Of a stretch of 64,000 nt of DNA, positions 14,001 through 27,000 are shown piece after piece (the stretch's first letter is position 1; each line of letters starts with the position of its first letter). The stretch spans positions 61,246,902 through 61,310,901 of the forward strand of contig NC_091134.1 of assembly GCF_041381155.1 (NCBI RefSeq). The letters are read 5' to 3'. A model generated the notes under the pieces. It saw only the letters and a list, made by a program, of their open reading frames with translations. It did no database searches and was not told where the DNA came from. The translations under genes and the position numbers were made by a program. The stretch comes from Argopecten irradians (Eukaryota).

Positions 14001-15059
14001 AAATTTATGAAAGCTGTGAAATGACGACTATTAAAAAGTTTCAAGAAGCAACATGACTTTGAGCAAATATAAGGACATTGATTAGGTCTCATTAGCAAAG
14101 GTATATCATTTAATCATTCAATCGATATACGGTGACTGTTAAGGCATGACAACAATTAATTGATTATCAGCATTAAATATAGAGTGCATCATCGATTTAT
14201 TACCTCAAACAGTTTCAGTATGTCCGTTTTGCCGATGTAGACAGTGCCGTTACCAGTAGGTTTCATTATGATATTTCCACCTTGTGGCCCCGCCTATCAA
14301 ACAGCATAAAGTAAATCATTTGAAGTACTGTTACATCACGTTTTGAACACAACTTTATTGTTATATTAACGGTTCAATTTTATAAGAAGTTTCCTCTAAT
14401 TAGCCCATTCAAAAATGAAATATAAACTAAACAAAGAGCAGAGGATATTAAAACATGCATAATGTAAACACCTAAATTTGATTGGTCTATGTAGTTACAC
14501 TAAGAGTATTCACTCACCTCTACAGTGAGGTTACCACCTGTTTCTGCCGTTACCAGTACATTAGGATACTGTATCTCGAAAAAACTGTAAAATAAGACAC
14601 AAACAAGATACAGATAATCCAGGTAACTAACATAGCTAATAACTCGGTAAATCTTTCCTGCTTCTAAAATCTCCTTTTCGTTTTTTATATGAGGAAGTCC
14701 CTTCTTTGTTTGTTTTTGTTTTTTTAAATTTAGTTCCCGAATTTTAATACATTCATCGTTCATTAGTGATTTCTTTGAAATATCTTAAACGTAAACTAGT
14801 GTTCAAAGCAGTCGTAGCAGCTGTAATATGAAGTTATCGAACAATCTTAAATACAAAAACAATCAGGAATATTGAATTGTATGGAATATCGAGAAACTTA
14901 TTAAAAATTATTTCGAATAAAAATATTTTAATGCAAATGGATATAATGAGCTGAAGCTAAATACCTAAGACACGAAGTAATGACAATAAACGAAATTTAC
15001 CTTGCTAAGGAGTTAGGCAAGAAGAGCAGGAGGAGGTACGCTGTTTTGATGGCCGCCAT
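11003..15059 (-). CDS. Secreted cadherin-like(He_PIG)+EGF+discoidin(F5/8-C) protein, paralog 3 (358 aa). CDS complement(join(11003..11151,11904..12051,12332..12489,12792..12905,13265..13454,13735..13836,14204..14293,14518..14584,15001..15059))
   Basis: ATG is at 15059-15057 with signal peptide MAAIKTAYLLLLFLPNSLA, followed by GTAAAT. He_PIG exon: DPEGGSLKYEKVSGALPPGVVLNKATGQISGTAPDVDATYQFGIRVTDKHGKYADQIFSIDTR (ORF 13182..13409). EGF exon: [38 protein letters not shown] (ORF 12724..12912). Discoidin exons: NCESRAFGVDQSSKKIADAQMSAHYSYGDHPASDGRL...SWLQ, VDLGNVMDVHAVATQGYTSSTYYTSTYQLQYSSDGNTF..., ...ARFIRFKPVTYSSHPGLRVEVYGCEINS*. Stop TAG is at 11005-11003. The junction between the last two exons is the least certain. 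A weak GTTGAC donor was chosen because only it gives a phase-consistent acceptor. Confidence 0.6.
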
Positions 15060-16555
15060 TTTGTTTAGAGATGGTAAACTGTCCTGAAGTCGTAAAATGG
15101 AGAGTTCACCTACCATATGTTGAAATGTTTGGTTGGCCTAGATGGTCATATCACGTGACTGTATTGGTTACCAGGTACGAAATCTCTCATACACTCATCA
15201 ACATTCATTCAATAAACATTATCTTGTTTTGATGGTAATGCTAAATGATTGGTTTGCTTTTCATATTTGTGAACATTCTGTATAACATTCGATAACATTT
15301 CAAAAGATTGTCAAAGCAATATTGGTTTCTAGTTATGTCAAGTTATTTACATCATCAAGGAAATCATTTTTAAGTATATATCCAAATGGTAAAATAATCA
15401 ATAAATATAATGGCCATTTTATTGTTTTCATTGTCAACTCAACTAACCAAATTCAATAAATAATTCTGAATGCTTACAAGTTACAGCACATAAACCAACG
15501 CATCCTTTATAGAGAGATTGAATTTGATGGTTCAGACCCCGAGATTCCAATGATGTGTGTTTTGTGTATCTAGAGGACTTTCGTGAGTACACAACCATGA
15601 TAATAAATTGTAGCCGGAATGGATTACAATCAAATCCTTTAATAGCAGATACCCATGTTTCCAGACATGGCCTGGAATTGGGTCAGATTGCTCTAGGTGT
15701 GTCTGAGAATGACTTGTCAGGTAATGCACATTCGCTGCAACAGGAACATGCAAAGTCTATTAAAGTAAATCTGACCTTTATAAGTAGGATGTTTATACAT
15801 CTCCCCGGACTAGCCTAATTTTTAATAAATGTTCAAACCAAAATATGCTTTCATATATTTTCTACAATTAAGGATAAAAGGCTAATTTCTTGTTATCATT
15901 AAATAAACTATTTTTGAATTTATTATGATAACATTTTAGGATAATTATCACACCTTGTTCATTAACTTATCAGTACAAAACTCGAATACTTTGCGGTCTT
16001 GTAAACCTATCATAAAACTAACTTTCCATTTATTATTTTCAAGGGCTCCACACATGTGGTGTGCTAAATCACCACTGTTAGCAAAATTGATGAAACTCAC
16101 ATTACTCATTAATGAAACGTCACTACGAAAAACAATTTCAAATGTTTACAATGGATCTGCTCTTAAACTGAAAGTAAGCAATAAAATGTGCTAAAACGTC
16201 TAAACCATTGATGAAGACACCTTATTTGATATTGCTGCATTTAGTTGAAAAAGCAAATATACATGTATTTGGCTTCGTGAACAAATATATACGTCATATT
16301 CTTTTCTATCGAAACTTAAGTATTGAACAGTTAATTTGTAAAACATATAAAGGACAATACATGTATTCTAAAAACATACATCGTCGATTCATAGAAAGTA
16401 TCTGAGATCAGTTAAAATGATATGTCATAAACTTTCACAATCTTTTATATTAGAGGAGCTGTTGAAGGTGAGACCAGATGTTGTTTCCTTGGCGACAGTG
16501 GTATCTCTAGCCACTTCACGGAACCGCACTAAGCTGTGCGTGAGTGTAATTCAAC
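15060..16555. promoter_or_regulatory. Shared 5' intergenic region (putative bidirectional promoter) between divergent paralogs 3 (-) and 4 (+)
   Basis: Start codons sit at 15059 (-) and 16556 (+). Only short spurious ORFs lie in this region. Confidence 0.4.
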
Positions 16556-19500
16556 ATGGCGAACATGAACAGAATGTTTTCCACTTTGACGCTCTTGTTC
16601 CTTTTGATGCCAATTGCTGTTTTGGCCGCCACTGAAGAGTATGTAAGTTTTAACATATAATTTCATCCAAATTAAACCTGTAATGTTAGCACATGGTATT
16701 CATCTTATCAGCGGTATAAGTTTACTGTAAGCAGAAATGTAGATGTACTATCTAAATCACTGCTATATGATATGTATCGAACCATTGATAATTTTTTGAT
16801 TGCTTGAATTGTGTATGTCTTTATGATATATAACATATACCAATGGCGTTATAAAACACGTTATGCTTATCTAAAACTCCATAGATCATATTGTCACAAC
16901 AGTTACTTACTGAAAATCATCTCTGGATTACATATCTAAAGACTGCATAATAATCTATGCATTTCACTCATTGTGATGTCCTCTCAGTATTGACGATTTA
17001 TTTTATATTTTTAGCCCTTTAAAAGTGGATTATCCTAGTGTGATCGTTCACGCAAAAGACGATGGAAACTTCACTATGGTGGTAAGTGAGGTTATTAAAT
17101 AAGATGTATCACTATCCGTATGTTATTCTTACTTATGGACTTCTTAATATATCTGTGGTTTGATAATTCCACAGTCTATTACCATATATTTAAAAAAATA
17201 ACACGAACCATTTGATTGTTTTGCGTGTCATTTAACATTTTTTCATTTTTAAACATTTGGGCCGAAGGAATGCACAATCTTTACTTTCGATAAAGTGTAT
17301 TGTTAAAAAGCATATCGTCCATAGACGATTTGGGTTAAAATGAAAGTGTAGTCTGTTTTTTATAACATGATAATTTAACTATTTTATACAAGGACAAATA
17401 CTATCAAATAATCATTTCGGGTTTTAATTGATCAGCACTTATTCTGTATGTTAACAGTCTGGCTTCAATGGTGATATCAAGCTGTTACCTGGTGCCAACA
17501 ACACAGGGAGGGTATACTTCGAGGGCGAGGACTTACTCTACCTGTTTGAGGTAAGAGATTGTAAAGAATGTAACTTACCAGTAAGTTGTGTTCTGTTGGT
17601 GAACAGCCCTTTCACCGTTTTCCATTCGTCTGCAATAGAAAACACATTAGTTCATTAGAAAACTAAAACAGTTATCAAGACTTTTGTCAATTTAATTAAT
17701 TATTTATAAAACATGCAAAACATATTCATGTCTTCACCAAAAATGAACCAAATGTATAAATAATGTAAATCACTTGCGATAAAAATTATTAGAAATGTGA
17801 ATGTTACCAAACTTACAGATCAAAAATCATTCTCAGTCTTAATTATTTATAATATTGCCTTTTTGCGTGCAGATCATCCTTAGCCAGCCCCCTGTGTGGT
17901 CTGAGAACTCGCCGTTCGGACACATCGGCGATTATCATGGAGGGCAGAGAGTATTCGTTCAGTTGGAAGCAGTGGTATCCTCATTACTTTTCATACATTA
18001 AGTTAAACCTCTTTATGGTCATTATCAATAAACATTACTACTAAAAGAGTGATAATTGTATTTTGGTATGTTTTCGGAGGTATGGACACAGAATTGTTTA
18101 ATATAAATTATACAGATGTGTGTATGTCAATTCATTTAATTACGAAAAATATAGATATAAGCACTTCTCTTTGAAAATCATGAAAGGATACATTTTTTGA
18201 TGAGTCTGTTTTATGCCACTGACAAAACTAAAAGTTACAAAAGCAAGTGTATCGTTTCAAAACTAATGAAAATTTAATATTTCTTTTGATATGGTCAGGA
18301 TCCAGAAGGAGGCCACGTGACATACTCTGTGGTAGCTGGTAATCTTCCTCCAGGAGTAACACTTGATTCCTCCTTAGGTGAAATAAAGGGATTAGCTCCA
18401 GATGCTGACACAACCTATACTTTCACTGTCCGAGCTACAGACTCACAGGGCAAATACGCCGATAACGTTCTGCAAATGAAGGTTCGAGGTAAGACATACC
18501 CGATTAAACAATTAAAGATTTCAAACATTTAGAAAACCTGACCATGTGCTCCGAAAGAGTTAATGTCTATTATAATTTAAAATTTGGATATTTTTATTCA
18601 ATGGATTGAGTGGTCAAAAAGGCCCTAAGCATACATAGTCCTTTCATACGTCAACGTATTGTTTTCTTTCAATAGAGTTGATATTCATTGTTTTGTCCTG
18701 TTGATTCAGAAAAAAACCTGTTTTATTGTACATATTGTATAGCTCAAATCGATAAGCTACGATGATTGTGCCAATACATAGATAACAAATTTTAATACCA
18801 TTTTGATTCGTTGTTACAGGTAGTAATTCGTGTACACGTACCACCTGTAGACACGAGGGGATCTGTCAGGACCATGTTAATGACTTCTACTGTACATGTA
18901 TACACCCGTACGGAGGCAAAACATGCAACCTGGGTAATAGTTAGCCTTTTAATAATACAGTACAATCACTAAAAATCTAGCATTTTTTCTATTTCTAAGA
19001 AGAAAGCTTGTACAGGTAAACATTGATGACTGCGACTCGATTCCCCTTCGTAGTTTAAAAAATATCTGGCTGGCAACTCAATTTTGTCTTTTAGTTTGCG
19101 ATATCTTTCTACGTCTTTTCATCCTTCATCTAAGCCAGTGATGATGGTAACTTAAACTTATTAATATTTGTTATCAATTGTCATTGTTATGCATTGAAAA
19201 AGTTAATATTGATACTTATACATATATCGATTTACCATCCAAATACCGTATCTGACACATCAAGTTTTTGTTTAAGACTGCCGAAGTAATGGCCTAGGAG
19301 TTGATAGTAGACACAAGGTTGTACCTGACGCCCACATGTCAGCCTTCAGAACCTACAGCAGCTACCTGGCCTATAATGGCCGTCTGTACGGGTCGGGATG
19401 GTATGGAGAGGACAGCAAATCATGGCTTCAGGTCGATTTAGGTAAATACGGTAATAGTTGGTAAATGTAAAACTCCATTACGCACAATCAAATTTTAGTG

Positions 19501-20631
19501 CAAAATTGATTTTGAAAAAAATAGCGCAATGATTATTTTTACGCATTTACAACAAATTGCTCTATTAAACAAAAACTTTCTGGCGCGAAATGCGTTAAAA
19601 TATTATCATTACTAAAATATGCACGTTTACAGTAGGGTAGGCAAGTTGGTCAGTAGTCGTCTATGTATTCGTGATGGTTGGAATATATTTAGATTTTTAT
19701 TAAAATGATCAAGTATTTAGATACTTACATTATCTAATTGCCTAAATTCATTTATCAAGTAATAAGTATATTAACTGGTCACTTCATTTGCCTAATATTT
19801 GCGTAATTAGCTTTCCTTTAATGAAAACAAATTCATTGAAAGTGATATAATAATTATGAAATAACATCGGAGTATACAATTATCTTTGTCATTTACATCA
19901 CAAGTTAGTCATAGTATTTGTTAGTAACACAACGAGGATTTGACTTACAAAGTCATCTAAGAAATGAACATTCGTCTATTATCAAAGCAGTATGAGTCAT
20001 AATGCCATTGTGTCCTAATAGGAAACATCACACAAATCCATGGCGTCCAAATGCAGGGATGTAGCAGCTACTATTATACTACAAGGTTTAATCTGCAGTT
20101 CAGCGTCGATGGGAATTCATTCACTAATTACACCACTGACGGCGTCAACCCGAGGGTAAGAATGATAGTCAAAGCATCAATCAGGCAACACATCACATGT
20201 AGTGAACGACATTAAGGTATCCATATTATAGGTAAAGGTTGAAATGGATGCATAAAACCAAAGCAGTGTATTAGAAAGCAGAAATATTTTTTTTAATTTA
20301 ACGCTACTTTCTACTTATTCATTACGGCAGCTTTTAAGATTACCACGTCTCATTTTTTGAAGTAACTAGCGTTTTATATATATTTTAACCGTTACAGAAA
20401 TGAAGTGCGATTGATGCTTAATGGGATCTTTCAAAAAAGACCTGAGGTGAATATTGAATTGTCCTTGTTGATTTCTAGGTATTTTCTGGGTACAGTAATA
20501 CTAACAGCGTGTATACGTCGGCATTGGCCCAACCTGTAGACGCACGATACATCCGGTTTGTACCCACCAACTGGAACCACTCTTACAGACCTTGTATGAG
20601 GGTCGAACTTCAAGGATGCTACTACTTATAA
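16556..20631 (+). CDS. Secreted cadherin-like(He_PIG)+EGF+discoidin(F5/8-C) protein, paralog 4 (366 aa). CDS join(16556..16638,17015..17081,17458..17550,17873..17974,18299..18488,18820..18933,19277..19441,20022..20155,20479..20631)
   Basis: ATG is at 16556 with signal peptide MANMNRMFSTLTLLFLLMPIAVLAATE. All junctions are GT/AG with consistent phases, total 1101 nt. He_PIG exon: DPEGGHVTYSVVAGNLPPGVTLDSSLGEIKGLAPDADTTYTFTVRATDSQGKYADNVLQMKVR (ORF 18317..18532). EGF exon: GSNSCTRTTCRHEGICQDHVNDFYCTCIHPYGGKTCNL. Discoidin exons: DCRSNGLGVDSRHKVVPDAHMSAFRTYSSYLAYNGRLYGSGWYGEDSKSWLQVDLG, GNITQIHGVQMQGCSSYYYTTRFNLQFSVDGNSF..., VFSGYSNTNSVYTSALAQPVDARYIRFVPTNWNHSYRPCMRVELQGCYYL*. Stop TAA is at 20629-20631 and AATAAA at ~20657. 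Confidence 0.7.
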
Positions 20632-21750
20632 GTATTTTTTTTCTTGTATTAGGCAATAAATGATAAGCCTCTTTGTCTTTAATGTTAATTCCTTAAAAAC
20701 AATGTAAACATTACCATATAGAAAGGTTTCTGATATTGGGTGTATACGTATTATATGACTGAAAATATCATACAACAAACATGTCTTGTCGAAAACATCG
20801 TCCTAAAACTATATCTTCATTAATGTGGATATTTAGTTTGGATCGCATTCCTTATAAATAATTGTAAATGGAATTGAATCCAAGACCAATATATAGAATC
20901 GGGACAAATGTAAGCAGACGCGGGGTGTTTTTGTTAATAATACATGTATATTTCATGAATTTTGGCAATAATTTTGAATAAAAAATATTTATTCTTTAAT
21001 TGATTTCTGCGGCTTACCAGGTTCTAAAATAACGTCCTTATATCCGTGCCCGATTTATTGTTTTCATGATTTAGAAGAATCATACAGAGATAGGACTAAA
21101 TCGAAGTCAAGATGAACGATAATGATTCGGAACTTGATCAAATCAAATAAATATTGAACATCACTAGGCGGGTCCTATTTAGTCAAACAAGCCAAATTAA
21201 GCCGACATTGCAACGTCGTTGCCGATAACGTCATGTGACTACCGTAACTACGTAACGTTTGTTGGAACTCTTTCGAGAACGGGTCATAAACTTTCCGACT
21301 TCCGTTCGGCGATAATCGTAACTTCTATGGCGACCAGTTTGAAATGAAGGCATGTTTACAATTATCGACTTCCAACAACTGCTTTACCAAAGTTATTAAG
21401 AAATCATCATAAATAATCTTTGGCATGACTTAATTTCAACTACATCTACAAATATTAACAATATCGGGATCGAATCTAACTTGACACTTTGTTAATAACT
21501 ACGTATAGTGTGACTTTAAAGTATGTGGATTTTTTTAATTTCAAGAAAACGCTACCAGAGTTAAAAATCTGAATAAATTCCGTTGTAAAAGAAAGTAGTA
21601 AAAATACTTGAAATAATATCTAAATACATGAAATATAAACAATACCAGAATTCCACGGAAGTGGGTGTGTTGCCTGCACAGCATATAAAACATCACAAAA
21701 AATAATTATTTACAGTTGAAAATATTGTAAATAACTAAGTTAAGTTATCA

Positions 21751-22400
21751 AGTCCCGTAACTCTTGCAAATATTGTCGGATTTTGACCAGTATCAAACCC
21801 ATCTGAGATCTCATTGATATAAAGTAATATACATAATTTGGTTGAAATCGGAGTATAAATACAAAAGTTATTGAGCGGAAACCAAGAAATTATCTGTTTT
21901 GATGATTTTAAGTTATTGAGCGGAAACCAAGAAATTATCTGTTTTGATGATTTTAAAGTTCCGTAACTCTTGCAAATATTGACGGATTATTACCAGTATC
22001 AAACCTATTCTAGATCTCATTAATAGCAAGCAATATACAACATTTGGTTAAAATCGGATAATAAATATTAAAGTTTTCCCACGGACCAAGAGATTGTCTG
22101 TTTTTACGGTTTTAAAGTCCCGTAACTCTTGTAAATATTAACGGATTTGGCCAGTATCAAACCAATCCGAGATCTCATTAATATAAAGCAATATACATAA
22201 TTTGATTGAAATCGGATAATAAAAACAAAAATTATCGAGCAAAAACCATGAATTTATCTGTTTTGGCGATTTCAAAGTTCCGTAACTCTCGCAAATATTG
22301 AAGGATTTTGACCAGTATCGAACCCATCGGAGATCTCATAATATCAAGCAATACACTAACTTTAGTTGATATCAAATAATGAATACTTAAGTTATCGTAC
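21751..22400. repeat. ~160-bp satellite, 4 copies. The first unit contains a 47-bp internal duplication.
   Basis: Units start with agt[c/t]ccgtaactct[t/c]gcaaatatt... at ~21751, 21956, 22114 and 22275. A duplicated aagttattgagcggaaaccaagaaattatctgttttgatgattttaa lies at 21857-21950. Confidence 0.75.
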
Positions 22401-24092
22401 GGAAACCTTTTCCCGGACGCCACCGCCACGACGACGCCTATGGGTCGCCCTTGCGTTGCAGGAGACACAGAGAATCAAACATTCAAATTATTTGTTAGAT
22501 TGTTGCATCTAGGATAACTTTGATCTAGGTAGCAATACTGTGACAGCAATAATGCCTGTCAAGACAAAATGAGGTAGTTGCGACTCAAATTGAAATAGTA
22601 TGTGTCCTAATTATCAATCGTATCAGTGCTGCAATATTGGAAGGTGCAAACCACCAAAAGCTTGGGGTAAAACAAGGAACCAATAACAACCGAGAAAATA
22701 CAATAAAATAAATGTGCATTTAACATTAGAGTTAAGTCTGAAATGCATTTTATTGAAATTAAATAAACGCAAAACGATGTGATATCAAAACATGAAGACC
22801 AGCTTCCTTTATTTGAATTAACTTGTATATATACCGCAATGTAATAAGATATAATTATTTTGTGAGAAGGAGTGTTTTAAGAATAAGTAAAAAGCATATA
22901 TAAAGAATCTGAAATACTTTGTAATGTCACAGTCCTTAAAAATATGCGAAAAATAATCAGCATGCATAAATTTATATTTCTTTTTCAATTTCATTAAGTT
23001 ACTTTACATTTAAATTCGAAATCAGAAGTAAGCAGTGGATGCAATTACCAATTATCGTCTATATCAGAGTACATTTAGTAGTTAGTAATAAGAAATAGGA
23101 AAAGTATAAAATAAAATGATAACCATTTTGCTAATGAACTGTGAAATAGTTACGTTATAACATCAGAACTGTATTATTTGTTGCCGATAATGGTTCAAGA
23201 AAAACATCATAAACCATACAAGATTATTCCATCAATTTTGTTCGTTTTCCCCATTCTATTTCTATTTCTTGCTCAAACATATTCTATGAAAGATGTATTT
23301 ATTGCACAAGTACTTGAGAGAGAAGACCAGCTCCCGTGATCATGTTTTAACAGAAATGCCAAATATTGTCAAAAATGGATGATTTGGTCAGAATTACGTT
23401 TTCCATTTCTTACATCTGAAAACGTATTACCCTAGATATGTAGGAATCATTATTGGTCCGATATATCTGACAAATAATTCATTCAAATTCACTGAAGGGA
23501 CAGTTTAGTCTTTGCGTTCATTGAAATATTTATCATCCTCTTGCTATGTAGGCGACTTATAAAATGAAAAAACCCATTAGATATAAGGTTTTCCTATCAG
23601 AGTCTGTGGTGTTCATCTTGGATTTTTGATTCACAATAAAAAGACACCACAACAAGATATTATGCCATGTTGGGACATCTCTTAGGGAATGCATTGGTTT
23701 TAGCTGGTAATATCTTGAATCAGGACATAGAAGACACATTACCCACCAATTCATATCTGGTTTATAGAAATAATCATTAATTATTAGTGGTGATAAAAAT
23801 TCCTTTGATTGTATGTGAATGGTCAAAGTAATATAAGGATTTGTTAAGGCTAGCGTGTATGATGAATGTACCTTGCTATATATTTTTCTCTTTACGAGAA
23901 GACTGAATATTTGAACCCGAGGAAAGAAAACTAACAATAAACTTATCATTTTACAATAACAATAGCATTATGTCAACATTTGCATAGAATTACTGTATTA
24001 GTATAACTGAACGGATGGAGACAACAAATCTCCGTGGTAACGATGTGCAGAGACGACGATCAACGGGTCCTAGCGACAACGTTTTAACAATA

Positions 24093-27000
24093 TTACCACA
24101 GAAATGCTGCTTTGATTTTCTTCTTCGAATCATCAACAATCTGAATGGCAGATCTACATTCCAGACAAGCGTGCTGCATTTTCGCACGATTTTGTTCAAT
24201 TGTTGCTGATATTTCTTTGATTTCTGCTTGACTTCTGGGCACATTGTCTACCATAGCAACGACATCCCAGCATTCCTCACACATGGTATTGAGGCGGGAA
24301 TCCATCGTCTGAAGGTTGCTGTCTATTGTAGGACATTCCGCTTGTATGGCCTTACACACGGCTGCAAACTGTTTTAAACACATGTGTATATACATGTATC
24401 TTTATCAAAAATCAGACGACAAAAAAGAATATAAAGACGTATTAGAACAAAATTTCGAAATTACTCTTAGGATCCTACTCTGGTTTTATCAATCGTCAAA
24501 TTGTATAGCATGGAATATTCGAGGGTGCTTTCTTTCGTGGTTTAAAGACTTAAAAGGTATTTTGTTGGCAAAACTATGCATGGTATGGAACAGCGATTCC
24601 AGTAACTTATTTCTGCTATATAAATAGTTCCTACTACATAACGAACATTTCATAGTATATAGTGTTAAATAAACCTTTCTCCTTAAATATAATAAATACG
24701 TAGTCAATCCAAGTGTCAGTAAATAATTATAAATAATTAATTACATATGCAAAACAACATGTTCTGTTCTAAAAGAAGCAAAACATTGGGATTACATAAT
24801 ATTATTTTGTTTTGTTAATTACAATGCATAAAGCATTGTGAACAGTATGAATTTTAACGGAATCCGTAGCTTGATAAAACTGCTTTATTTAATAGAAGCG
24901 CACCAATTACATGATTTCAAATGATGCAATGACATTACAATTAACCAAAATGTATGTATTTCACAAATCTTTATGATATCAACTGTCTTTCAAATCGGTG
25001 TAAGTTGTGTATAATAAAATGAATTCACTAATCAAATAGTCAGAAATATGGCAACTTACTTCATTGTGGAAGAGTTTCAAAAGTGTTCTCATTTTCTTCA
25101 CTGGCTTGAAATTTTCATCTTTAGAGACAGTATCCAGCTTACAGAAATCTTCATCTTTCTTCACCTGCAGAGTTAATAGTTAAAATCTTCACTATCAATA
25201 GTTTCTTGAAAAAGAAGAAGTTGCTACTAACTTAGGTAAATGAATAGTTGGATAACTTTGATAAGTTCCTCATCTCTTATGTTAACCTGAATCATTAATT
25301 CAACAATTATTTCCTGTGAATGAATAACAATGAAACTAGTATGACTGCCAAAATGGAGAACGACACAATTTAGGTACAATTGTAGATATTTAACATGTAC
25401 TTACTACAGGATGTCTTTTCTAAAGAGCAAATTTCAGTTCAGGCATGCTTTAGGCGCAAATGAGATATGAATCAAAATACTTTTTTTCAGTATGAACTTT
25501 GTACTTTTAAATCATCTCCTTTGTTCTTACCTTGAGTTCAGCTCCATCACCTATGTTCCGTTTGAGGGCAATTATACAATCTTCCAGACTTGTCTCCCCT
25601 GATTCCAGAATTTGGGCTTGCATGCACATCTCCTTGAGTTTTGTGACAGATTTATGGTGATAATCACGTAACAAGGCTACCTTCTTTACAGCAACGTCAG
25701 CCATCTCAAACACGTGGTCAAACTAATAACAAAACAAATTCTTGTATCATTGTAACATAGCAAACACGTGGTCAAACTAATAACAAAACAAATTCTTGTA
25801 TCATTGTAACATAGCAAACACGTGGTCAAACTAATAACAAAACAAATTCTTGTATCATTGTAACATATCTAACATGTGGTCAAACTAATAACAAAATAAA
25901 TTCTTGTATCATTGTAACATAGCAAACACGTGGTCAAACTAATAACAAAATAAATTCTTGTATCATTGTAACATAGCAAACACGTGGTCAAACTAATAAC
26001 AAAACAAATTCTTGTATCATTGTAACATAGCAAACACGTGGTCAAACTAATAACAAAATAAATTCTTGTATCATTGTAACATAGCAAACACGTGGTCAAA
26101 CTAATAACAAAACAAATTCTTGTATCATTGTAACATAGCAAACACGTGGTCAAACTAATAACAAAATAAATTCTTGTATCATTGTAACATAGCAAACACG
26201 TGGTCAAACTAATAACAAAATAAATTCTTGTATCATTGTAACATAGCAAACACGTGGTCAAACTAATAACAAAATAAATTCTTGTATCATTGTAACATAG
26301 CAAACACGTGGTCTAACTAATAACAAAATAAATTCTTGTATCATTGTAACATATCTAACATGTGGTCAAACTAATAACAAAATAAATTCTTGTATCATTG
26401 TAACATATCTAACATGTGGTCAAACTAATGATAAAATAAATTCTTGTATCATTGTAACATATCTAACACTTGGTCAAACTAATGATAAAATAAATTCTTA
26501 TATCCTGTCATTGTAATGTCATTTTAAAAACTTCACTCTCAGTAACATGGTCGATCAACCAAAACCTGTCCTTATAATGACCCTCTGCCAATTCTAAATT
26601 ACTTGAGGATGAAGTGTTTCCAAACATTAGGACAAGTTACCAATAAAACAATTCCAGGCACATTGCAATATTTTTAACAATTTCTGCATTATCCATGAAG
26701 ACTCCCCATCATTTCTAAAGACATGGCCAAATTATCAACAATACCAATCTCAAACAGGTGACCTATATACCAATAAACCAATCTATAATTTTACAATCTC
26801 TGCCTTTCAGAATCATTAATAAATTCATTATATGTATATAAATATATATGCCAGCACGACCATTACAATGAAGTACAACATTAAGGTGTCTATTAATTTC
26901 ACAATCATGGTTCAACTATTAACAAAACCATTTTTGTAACATTTAAGTAATATAATTGTAAGTAAGGAGTGGCATTTCAAATGAAAATTAAAAAACAAAA

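Noticed and set aside
22232-22468. 78-aa minus-strand ORF
   Set aside because: Runs through the 160-bp satellite.
23557-23949. 130-aa minus-strand ORF
   Set aside because: AT-rich low-complexity sequence. No splice context, no similarity and no conservation signal.
25869-26303. 144-aa ORF (LCYNDTRIYFVISLTTCL repeated)
   Set aside because: It is a pure translation of the 54-bp tandem repeat, with 18 aa per unit. It lies inside an intron and has no coding features.
25713-26490. Possible CRISPR-like array (regular direct repeats)
   Set aside because: The repeats are contiguous with no unique spacers. The context is eukaryotic and intronic, so it is a minisatellite.
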